From NCBI GenBank assembly GCA_947500525.1, contig CANMSH010000004.1, positions 188,783 through 252,782 of the forward strand: 64,000 nt of DNA. The letters run 5' to 3'. Shown here one piece after another: positions 56,540-64,000 of the stretch. The translations under genes and the position numbers were made by a program. Below the pieces are notes generated by a model. The model did not search any database. It saw nothing but the letters and a program-made list of their open reading frames with translations, and was not told the DNA's origin. Source of the DNA: an uncultured Flavobacteriaceae bacterium. GTDB taxonomy: Bacteria; Bacteroidota; Bacteroidia; Flavobacteriales; Flavobacteriaceae. Position 1 is the stretch's first letter. Every line of letters starts with the position of its first letter.

Positions 56540-58160
56540 TATTCTGATTTACCAACGCCATCAAGTCTACATCATTACCTAATAATATTTCAGTAGGATT
56601 GATACGTCCTGCTTCAGGACCATTTTCTAACTTCAATACGCCTCGAGGACAAACCGCAGAACAAACACCGCAACCCACACAACTCGATCGAATAATATTT
56701 TCTCCTTTTTGAGCATATGCCCTTACATCAATACCTTGCTCACAATATGTTGAACAATTTCCACATGAAATACATTGCCCACCATTGGTTGTAATTCTAA
56801 AACGTGACTTAAAACGCTGTACTAGACCTAAATACGCGGCTAAAGGACATCCGAAGCGACACCATACTCGATTTCCGAAGATTGGATAAAAACCAGTACC
56901 TATAACACCTGCAAACCATGCCCCAATTAAGAAGCTATACGTATCTTTAATCCATTGAGATTTTATGCCTAAAAATGATTCAGTTCCAGTGAAATAGCAA
57001 TATAAGGTTACCAGAGTCATAATTAAAGAAAAAACAAGCACAGAGTGTATCAACCATCTTTCAAGTTTCCATGAAACTAATTTTTTACTCGAATGCTGTC
57101 TGTAAGGATCTCCTAAAGTTTCTGCGAGACCACCACAACCACAAACCCACGAACAATACCATCTTTTTCCGAAAAAGTACACCATTACTGGTACGATGAT
57201 TAAGGTGAGTACAATTCCCCATACCAAAATAAAGAGGCCTATAGCTCCACTATCTCTAAGACTATCTAAATTCCATTCAAAGAAAAAATCATAGTCTAAT
57301 GGGAATGCATTTTTAAAGTCATAACCAGGCATATTTAAACTTGCCATAATCTCAGGAATTAAAAACGCAAATACAATTTGAAAGAAAAGTACTGACGTAG
57401 TTCGTATGACTTGATATTTATTATGTCTGTATTTAATGTACATACGTACTGCCATAACAATCATAATAATACAGTATAAGAAACCATATACAAACCATTG
57501 GCTGGCTTCTCCACCATTTAAAAATTTGCTTATTGGATCTAAAATGTAGGTCCAATTTACTGCATAATCAGGCATGAAATATAGCACTAAATAAAAAGTA
57601 ACCAGATATACAAGTACTAACCAAGCAATCCAGCCTCTATTTGTACTTGATTCATGATAGATACCATTATTCTTAATACCCGCTTTACCTAAAAGCACTA
57701 TGTTAGGAAGTATAAACAATAAGGCTCCTATAATTGCGAGCCCAAAGGTTAACCACCATAAAAGACCGGCATTTTCTTTAACAAAACCAGCGCCAGCTTT
57801 TTTGGCAACTTCATAACTTAAGGTATGAGATTTTCTGTAGATCTTGTATTGAAATTGTTCTCCCTTTTTGTCCCAATTTTTCTCAGCATCATATTTTGCA
57901 ATAAGAGCGTCATAATGATCATTGGAAGATTGAAATGCATCACGAACGCGACTTGAAAATTGAAAAATGTTTAACTCTTCTTCGGTAACAGCTGCTTTTG
58001 TAAGCGCGTCTTTAATAATTTCACTTTTATACCCTTTTGATTCAATAAAGGAAGCCACTTCTGACTCGGACAAGCTAAATGACCCTAAAAATAAACTTCC
58101 GGTAAAAATGCCCAGTCCAACAAGGAAAAGAACCAAACCTATATTTTGTATTGCTTTCAT
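56529..58160 (-). CDS. polytopic membrane 4Fe-4S protein, NapH/NosR-like
   Basis: 543 aa. CSWVCGCGG and CRFGCP (Cx3C(P/G) motifs as in NapH/NosR). Two ferredoxin motifs CISCGNCSTYC and CVGCGVCSAVCP at the C-terminus. Confidence 0.8.
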   Translation of the reverse strand: MKAIQNIGLVLFLVGLGIFTGSLFLGSFSLSESEVASFIESKGYKSEIIKDALTKAAVTEEELNIFQFSSRVRDAFQSSNDHYDALIAKYDAEKNWDKKGEQFQYKIYRKSHTLSYEVAKKAGAGFVKENAGLLWWLTFGLAIIGALLFILPNIVLLGKAGIKNNGIYHESSTNRGWIAWLVLVYLVTFYLVLYFMPDYAVNWTYILDPISKFLNGGEASQWFVYGFLYCIIMIVMAVRMYIKYRHNKYQVIRTTSVLFFQIVFAFLIPEIMASLNMPGYDFKNAFPLDYDFFFEWNLDSLRDSGAIGLFILVWGIVLTLIIVPVMVYFFGKRWYCSWVCGCGGLAETLGDPYRQHSSKKLVSWKLERWLIHSVLVFSLIMTLVTLYCYFTGTESFLGIKSQWIKDTYSFLIGAWFAGVIGTGFYPIFGNRVWCRFGCPLAAYLGLVQRFKSRFRITTNGGQCISCGNCSTYCEQGIDVRAYAQKGENIIRSSCVGCGVCSAVCPRGVLKLENGPEAGRINPTEILLGNDVDLMALVNQNNAK

Positions 58161-58183
58161 TTTTATATCTTATTAAATTTGGT

Positions 58184-59521
58184 TTATGCAAAAATGCGTT
58201 TCCAACTCTTCTTTTTTAATTGAATTGCTGTTCCGTTTTCTTCATTGAATTTGGCTACAATTTCTTTTTCATATAATTTGTAGAATTCAGGATCGAAGTT
58301 TGCGTCGGCTAAATGTTCTAATACATGTTCAACTGATCTTTTCTCTGTCAATACTTTATCAAAGAATTGATGACGCATTCTGATTCCAAATGTATTGATC
58401 CCAATAAAAGCACGGGTCTTTTTATCATAATTGATATGGATACATTTGGTGCCATCTTCATGTTCCCAATAGAATCGAGATTCATTTTCTTTAGGTTGTG
58501 CCCAAACCCAACCATATGTTTGATATTCAATATCAATGAATTTCGCAGAGTTAAACCAATGTCCTGGTTTGTATTCAATTCTGTTACCACAAATGGTTTG
58601 GGCCACAGTTTCTCCCATCATACGCCCGGTATACCAAACGGCTTCAATTGGACGTCTACTTCCAATAGCCTCATGCTGTTCGGCGCAATCACCAATAGCA
58701 TAAATGTCTTGAATATTTGTTTCTAAGAAACGATTTACTTTAACACCCCTGCCTATTTCAATATCGCTGTCTTTTATAAAATCAACATTCGGAGAAACTC
58801 CAGCCGTTAGTCCAACTACATCACAACGAATCTCTTCTCCGGTTTCTGCAATTACAACGGATGTTGCTTTTCCGTCGCCGTCACTTTTTATTTCTTTTAA
58901 GTTGACACCTAAACGTAAATCAATACCACTGCGCAAAATTTCTCTATTAATCATGGCCGACTCGCCATCAGGTAAAACCCCATTCCAAAAACTATCTTCA
59001 CGAACTAAAAAAGTTACCGGAATATGTCTTGAGTGGAGCATCTCTGCTAATTCAATACCAATAAGACCACCACCAACTATAACTGCACGTTTACATACCT
59101 TATTATTGGGAGCATACTTTTCAAGATTATCTAAATCTTGTTTATGATACATGCCCATCACACCTTTCAGATCTTGTCCAGGCCAGCCAAACTTATTTGG
59201 CTTAGAACCAGTTGCAATAATTAGTTTATCATAAGCTAATGTATCATTATCAGCAAAAACAAGGTTCTTGTTTTTACTATCGATATTCTTCACATAGCCC
59301 TTTTTTAATTCGATACGATTTTTTTTCCAAAACCAATTTTCATAGGGTTGCGTATGTTCAAATTTCATATGCCCCATGTATACATACATAAGAGCTGTTC
59401 TTGAGAAAAAATAATCAGTTTCTGCAGATACAATGGTAATTTTTTTATCAGAAAGTTTACGTATGTGCCTTGCAGCCGTAACACCAGAAATACCATTTCC
59501 AATTATAACAATGTGTTCCAT
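58184..59521 (-). CDS. NAD(P)H/FAD-dependent pyridine nucleotide-disulfide-type oxidoreductase
   Basis: 445 aa. IVIIGNGISG (FAD), AVIVGGGLIGIE (NAD(P)H), YAIGDCAE. About 100-aa C-terminal extension of unknown role. Confidence 0.85.
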   Translation of the reverse strand: MEHIVIIGNGISGVTAARHIRKLSDKKITIVSAETDYFFSRTALMYVYMGHMKFEHTQPYENWFWKKNRIELKKGYVKNIDSKNKNLVFADNDTLAYDKLIIATGSKPNKFGWPGQDLKGVMGMYHKQDLDNLEKYAPNNKVCKRAVIVGGGLIGIELAEMLHSRHIPVTFLVREDSFWNGVLPDGESAMINREILRSGIDLRLGVNLKEIKSDGDGKATSVVIAETGEEIRCDVVGLTAGVSPNVDFIKDSDIEIGRGVKVNRFLETNIQDIYAIGDCAEQHEAIGSRRPIEAVWYTGRMMGETVAQTICGNRIEYKPGHWFNSAKFIDIEYQTYGWVWAQPKENESRFYWEHEDGTKCIHINYDKKTRAFIGINTFGIRMRHQFFDKVLTEKRSVEHVLEHLADANFDPEFYKLYEKEIVAKFNEENGTAIQLKKKSWKRIFA

Positions 59522-59602
59522 AATTTTGAAGGTTGTTGGACATTAAGTCGAAGTAAAATGCAAATACTTAACTCATGTAATAATTTAGAATTATTTTAAA
59601 TA

Positions 59603-59693
59603 ATAAATTGAAATAAAATTTAAAAATATGTAAGGTAACGTTTTTTTTACTGACTTAGTTGGTAATATTTTTCATCGTCGATAAATTGAAATA
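59603..59693 (+). repeat. two exact copies of ATAAATTGAAATA in the divergent promoter region
   Basis: Copies at 59603-59615 and 59681-59693 (78-nt spacing). A third TTGAAAAT follows at 59694-59701. Confidence 0.6.
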
Positions 59694-59756
59694 TTGAAAA
59701 TAGTCTTTGTGAAGGTAGCTTGCTATTTTACTACAACTGTTAAATAAAATTGGTAT

Positions 59757-59764
59757 TAATTTTG
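59757..59764 (+). promoter_or_regulatory. candidate Bacteroidota -7 promoter element for the DUF547 operon
   Basis: TAATTTTG matches TAnnTTTG, 73 nt before ATG 59837. Confidence 0.3.
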
Positions 59765-59836
59765 CAGTATTGGTTTAGAAGAAAGCGATCACTAGAATAA
59801 AGCTAGTAATGATAAAACAAATTAAAACTGAATAAG

Positions 59837-60550
59837 ATGTTAAACAAATTAAAAATCATAATTCTAATAGTGAGTTTCAATGTGGGATTTGCTCAAAGTC
59901 CCAGTACTTTTTTCACCAAATCTGATGCTTTTTTTAAAGCAAATGTTGCCAATGGTAAGGTAAATTACGCTGGAATTCATAAAAATCAAGATAAGTTAAA
60001 CGAACTATTAACTTTAGCGAATACCGTGAAAGTTTCTAAGAGTGATGCTAAAAATTATCAGGCTTTTTGGATTAATGCGTATAACATTTCTGTTATCAAA
60101 GGAATTATTGATAATTATCCTATAAAATCACCGTTAGATAAGGCAGGTTTTTTTGATAAGACTACTTATAAACTAGGAGGTAAAACTATTACTCTTAATG
60201 ATATTGAACATAAAGTGCTAAGAGCTCAATTTAATGACGCACGTTTTCATTTTGTACTTGTTTGTGGTGCAATTGGGTGCCCTCCATTAATTAATAAAGC
60301 ATATTTGCCTGCAACTTTAGAAAGTCAGTTAGAGAAGCAAACGAAAATTGCACTAAATGGAACTTTTTTACAGGTAAATTCGAAAAAGAAAAGAGTTGCA
60401 GGATCAGAAATTTTAAAATGGTATAAAGAAGATTTTACCATGAACGGAACAACTGAAATCGATTTTATAAATAAATATAGAACAGAAAAAATCCCTAGTA
60501 ATTTCAAGTTGAGTTACTTCACATACAACTGGAATTTAAACAAACAATAA
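59837..60550 (+). CDS. secreted DUF547-like protein
   Basis: 237 aa. Signal peptide. AFWINAYN and FHFVLVCGAIGCPPL match the DUF547 core (paired Cys followed by Pro) as I recall it. Confidence 0.6.
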   Translation: MLNKLKIIILIVSFNVGFAQSPSTFFTKSDAFFKANVANGKVNYAGIHKNQDKLNELLTLANTVKVSKSDAKNYQAFWINAYNISVIKGIIDNYPIKSPLDKAGFFDKTTYKLGGKTITLNDIEHKVLRAQFNDARFHFVLVCGAIGCPPLINKAYLPATLESQLEKQTKIALNGTFLQVNSKKKRVAGSEILKWYKEDFTMNGTTEIDFINKYRTEKIPSNFKLSYFTYNWNLNKQ

Positions 60551-60576
60551 AAAACTAACAACATAAAATAATTATA

Positions 60577-61470
60577 ATGAAAAAAATTATAGGATTATTA
60601 GTCCTTACATTCGTCACGTTCTCAAGTTTTTCACAAGAAGGAAATGATACTCAAGATACACCTCAAAAAAGTAATATTCAAACATATACGCCTTCAAAAT
60701 TATTGAACAAAGGACAATGGGATATTAAATGGTTTAACAATTTATATACTCAAACGAAAGACCTGTTTGGAACCAATGGAAGAAAACGTACTATTCCAAG
60801 AGAAACGTTTTTCACTTCAACAGTAGATATTTTTACCGGTGTTTCTGAAAATAGCTCTTTCAATGTAGGATTACTATTAGAATTTAGATCGAATGTGATA
60901 GGTGGTAGAGATGCCTTAGATGTTTTTAGCTTTGATGGTGAGAATGCAACAGCACGCTCAGGTTTTACTTCTTTTGCTCCGGCTGTGAAATTTAACCCTC
61001 TTAAGAATGTGTCGAATTTTACTGTGCAAACGGCTTTTCATATTCCATTAGTTGATAATGAAGTAGAGAATGGCGTATTTCTAGATCAAAAAGGATTTAT
61101 TTTTCAAAACAGATTTTTCTATGATTATACATTTCCTGGCGATAAATGGCAACTTTTTACAGAGTTGAATACTGAATATAACTTTGGAAAGAAAGAGAAT
61201 AGTTTTGCAAACAATAGTTTGAATTTAACACCTGGTGTATTTTTAAGCTATTTTCCGAGTCAGAAATTTACTGTTTTAGGTTTGGTTCAACATTCGCAAC
61301 GAATTGATTTAGGAAACGATTTTAGTCAAGATTTTACTGCAGTGGGCGGCGGCGCTAAATACCAACTCAATAAAACACTTAATATTGAAGCTTTATATAC
61401 GAATTTTGTTCGTGGTAATGATACGGGCTTAGGTCAGACCTTCAATATTGGTTTGAGAGCACTTTTTTAG
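60577..61470 (+). CDS. putative outer-membrane beta-barrel protein
   Basis: 297 aa. Signal peptide, alternating hydrophobic beta-strand pattern, C-terminal ..FNIGLRALF ending in Phe. Confidence 0.5.
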   Translation: MKKIIGLLVLTFVTFSSFSQEGNDTQDTPQKSNIQTYTPSKLLNKGQWDIKWFNNLYTQTKDLFGTNGRKRTIPRETFFTSTVDIFTGVSENSSFNVGLLLEFRSNVIGGRDALDVFSFDGENATARSGFTSFAPAVKFNPLKNVSNFTVQTAFHIPLVDNEVENGVFLDQKGFIFQNRFFYDYTFPGDKWQLFTELNTEYNFGKKENSFANNSLNLTPGVFLSYFPSQKFTVLGLVQHSQRIDLGNDFSQDFTAVGGGAKYQLNKTLNIEALYTNFVRGNDTGLGQTFNIGLRALF

Positions 61471-61554
61471 GAGTAAAGAAAATAATACCAGTTAAATTTT
61501 AAATCTAACTGGTATTATTCTGATAAAATTCTTTACTTGAGCTAAAAATATAAA

Positions 61555-62559
61555 ATGAGAGTTTTACGACTTATATTATTTTTAGTTCTATTTCAATCTT
61601 GTTCAGGACAACAACCAAAAATTAATGGTCTAAGTTTAGTGTCTTCTCGCGATGCCATAAATCAAACTCACATAGATCCCATCGTAAATGTTAACGCCAA
61701 TTATGTGTCTATAATTCCTTTCGGATTTATTAAAGATTTGACGCAGCCAGAAGTTCGTTTCAATACAGATAGACAATGGTTTGGGGAGACTAAAGATGGT
61801 GTGACTCAATACGCAGGTGAACTTCGTAAGAAAAATGTTAAAATCATGTTGAAACCACAAATATGGGTCTGGCGAGGACAGTATACAGGTTTCATCGAAA
61901 TGACTACAGAAGCCGATTGGAAAACTTTAGAAAAAACATATGCCGCGTATATTTTGGCCTATGCAGAGTTGGCGACCGAATTGAAGGCAGATATTTATTG
62001 TATCGGAACCGAATTGGAAAAGTTTGTAAAGAATCGTCCAGAATTTTGGAACGATTTGATTGAAAAAGTAAAGACAATTTACAAAGGTAGAATTACCTAC
62101 GCTGCCAATTGGGATGAATTTAAACATACTCCTTTTTGGAAAGAATTAGATTTTATAGGTGTGAACGCTTATTTTCCTGTAGACACTACTAAAACACCAA
62201 CCGTTGAAAGTTGTAAACTTGGATGGAAACCTCATAAACAAATTATGAAGGATATTTCAAAAAAGTATAAACGACCAATAGTATTTACAGAATTTGGTTA
62301 TCGAAGTGTTGATTACACAGCAAAGGAACCCTGGAAGTCTGATAGGAGCATGACCTCTGTAAATTTGCAGGGACAAGCAAATGCCACACAAGCAATTTTT
62401 GAAGAATTTTGGGATGAAGATTGGTTTGGAGGTGGATTTTTATGGAAATGGTTTCATAATCATGAAAGCTCAGGAGGATCAAAAAACTCCAGATTTACTC
62501 CTCAAAATAAACCGGCAGAAGCTGTAATTAAAAAACAGTATAAAACCACGATCAATTGA
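61555..62559 (+). CDS. lipoprotein glycoside hydrolase, clan GH-A TIM barrel (GH113-like, tentative)
   Basis: 334 aa. Lipobox LFQSCSG. Candidate acid/base CIGTELEKF (E153/E155) and nucleophile IVFTEFGYRS (E246), with spacing typical of clan GH-A. Family number not verified. Confidence 0.6.
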   Translation: MRVLRLILFLVLFQSCSGQQPKINGLSLVSSRDAINQTHIDPIVNVNANYVSIIPFGFIKDLTQPEVRFNTDRQWFGETKDGVTQYAGELRKKNVKIMLKPQIWVWRGQYTGFIEMTTEADWKTLEKTYAAYILAYAELATELKADIYCIGTELEKFVKNRPEFWNDLIEKVKTIYKGRITYAANWDEFKHTPFWKELDFIGVNAYFPVDTTKTPTVESCKLGWKPHKQIMKDISKKYKRPIVFTEFGYRSVDYTAKEPWKSDRSMTSVNLQGQANATQAIFEEFWDEDWFGGGFLWKWFHNHESSGGSKNSRFTPQNKPAEAVIKKQYKTTIN

Positions 62560-63287
62560 GAAAAATAACATTTATATCAATCGTTTTGTTTCTAGTATCG
62601 TGTGCCGGCGATGATAGTACTAACGACACCATTCTGTCGAATTATGTATTGGGTAAAGCAATTGAGGAAGGTGGTGTTATTGCTTGTGCAGGAAGTTCTG
62701 AAAATAGTTCGAAAGTGCTCGTTTTTCAATATCCTGAAAATGGTGCTCGAAATACTAAACTGTATGAAACCAACACAGTCGATATAGATGAAAAGGACTT
62801 TTCAAATTATAAAAAGGTATCGATCACAGGGAGTCCTTTCTTTAATGGATATCTTGAGCAGTTTGATCTAGATTTAACCCAAGAAAAATGGATCATTGTA
62901 ACACATGAATTAGACGGCGAAATAAAAATATCGAACCCTATTAGAACAAAACAAAATACGAAGGCTTCTAAGTGGAGTCAAAGTGCTGTTGAGATTACCC
63001 AGGAAGAACCACTAATGCCTAGGTTTACATGGGAAAATAATCAGTTTGGTGATAATGCTATTTATTTTCAAATAGTATCAGACCTTCAAAACAATTTATT
63101 ATCCGGTACCTATACTTTTGAAAATACGTTTCAATACTATAATACCTCGAATGTGGTGTTGAATATAACAATAGATATACCCCCGATTTTAAGAAAAGGT
63201 GCCGAGTATAATTTTACCTTGATGGATGTAAGTGAAGATAATTGGGTGAATTTATTTATCTTGAATAAAAAATTCTTGGTTGAATGA
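62556..63287 (+). CDS. lipoprotein of unknown function
   Basis: 243 aa. TTG start overlapping the previous stop (TTGA). Lipobox LFLVSCAGDDS. Confidence 0.6.
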   Translation: MRKITFISIVLFLVSCAGDDSTNDTILSNYVLGKAIEEGGVIACAGSSENSSKVLVFQYPENGARNTKLYETNTVDIDEKDFSNYKKVSITGSPFFNGYLEQFDLDLTQEKWIIVTHELDGEIKISNPIRTKQNTKASKWSQSAVEITQEEPLMPRFTWENNQFGDNAIYFQIVSDLQNNLLSGTYTFENTFQYYNTSNVVLNITIDIPPILRKGAEYNFTLMDVSEDNWVNLFILNKKFLVE

Positions 63288-64000
63288 ACAAGGTTGTCAT
63301 TTTCTTACTTATTTTTCTCTTTGCTGGTATAAATGTGTTTTCGCAAGACAATGTTGTAGGTGACTTAAAGGTACGTGGAAACAAAAAAATTAAAACTTCA
63401 TTCATAAAGAAACTTACAAAAGTAACCGTTGGCAGTAAGCTAGACTCCTTAATTTTAGAAGAAGATATTAGAAGGCTAAAACGCTTGCCATCTGTGTCAC
63501 ATGCTTATTATCAGGTGTTTCCTTCTGAAGAGAATACGTACAATGTGTTTTATTGGGTTGAAGAAAATTTTACGATTATACCATTGGCAAATGTATACAC
63601 CACAAATGATGATGAATTTGCATTTAGGATAGGTGCCTATGAATATAATTTATTAGGTCGAAATATGACGTTTGGAGGCTTTTTTCAACGTGATATTTAT
63701 AATTCTTATGGTATTAATTTTAGAGCACCCAATTTGTTTAGTCGACACTTTGGATTGGCACTGAATCATCAAAATTTGACTACAGAAGAACCTGTGTTTT
63801 TAAGCGCAGCTACTGCCGATTATAGATATAATAATAAGTCGTATGAGTTGCTAGGTTTGTTTCAGATAAATTTCAATCACAGATTAGAGTTGGGTCTTAA
63901 TTATTTTACCGAAGATTATCGATATTTGTCAGGTGCAACTGATCCAGGCATTCCACTTAATTTAAATGTAAAGAAATTATTATACAAATTTGTCTATGAT
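63284..64000 (+). CDS. POTRA-domain outer-membrane protein (BamA/ShlB superfamily), N-terminal part; continues past window
   Basis: Not in the ORF track (open to the window end). ATG 63284 overlaps the previous stop (ATGA). MNKVVIFLLIFLFAGINVFSQ signal, then a POTRA-like LKVRGNKKIKTSFIKKLTKVTVGSKLDSLILEEDIRRLKRLPSVSHAYYQV. 239 codons with no stop. Confidence 0.6.
   Translation, partial: MNKVVIFLLIFLFAGINVFSQDNVVGDLKVRGNKKIKTSFIKKLTKVTVGSKLDSLILEEDIRRLKRLPSVSHAYYQVFPSEENTYNVFYWVEENFTIIPLANVYTTNDDEFAFRIGAYEYNLLGRNMTFGGFFQRDIYNSYGINFRAPNLFSRHFGLALNHQNLTTEEPVFLSAATADYRYNNKSYELLGLFQINFNHRLELGLNYFTEDYRYLSGATDPGIPLNLNVKKLLYKFVYD

Noticed and set aside
58348-58726. 80-aa (minus) and 119-aa (plus) ORFs
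   Set aside because: Both are embedded in the FAD oxidoreductase gene, whose frame carries both Rossmann motifs.

Overview
AT-rich chromosomal window whose gene content, lipoprotein signal peptides and promoter-like motifs fit a Flavobacteriia (Bacteroidota) genome. I support about 64 densely packed protein-coding genes on both strands. I recognised no rRNA, tRNA, CRISPR array, transposase, integrase or phage genes. All family calls come from reading motifs in the translations; no searches were run.

The first ~50 kb is mostly housekeeping: pfkA-gapA, guaA, PDH E1alpha/E2, gcvP, mazG, def, ruvX, dapD, tsaC, a CCA-adding enzyme, an acyl-CoA dehydrogenase and an alanine/glycine:cation symporter. 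Small accessory units sit between these genes:
- 7.0-13.2 kb: three secreted proteins of unknown function followed by a periplasmic-TPR histidine kinase and a LuxR-type regulator.
- 28.1-31.7 kb: a glycan-modification islet (LPS-kinase-like, GT2, TupA-like ATP-grasp, Stealth phosphotransferase).
- 34.8-42.3 kb: a TetR gene flanked by two near-identical palindromic sites, between an SDR/amine-oxidase/MFS operon and a MacB-type efflux operon that has no ATPase gene.
- 42.3-46.0 kb: a Lol-like ABC pair coupled to a DCC thiol-disulfide oxidoreductase and a DUF3179 protein.

The best candidate for an undescribed system is 52.4-64.0 kb, two divergent operons.
- The minus-strand operon couples an NAD(P)H/FAD oxidoreductase and a NapH/NosR-like membrane Fe-S protein to a secreted MORN-repeat protein, a Dpm1-like GT2, a plant CslA/CslC-like processive GT2 synthase (QQFRW) and a GT-C-like membrane protein.
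- The plus-strand operon encodes a periplasmic DUF547 protein, a small outer-membrane beta-barrel, a clan GH-A lipoprotein hydrolase, a lipoprotein and a POTRA outer-membrane protein.
- Together they resemble a synthase-dependent exopolysaccharide machine with an unexplained redox module.
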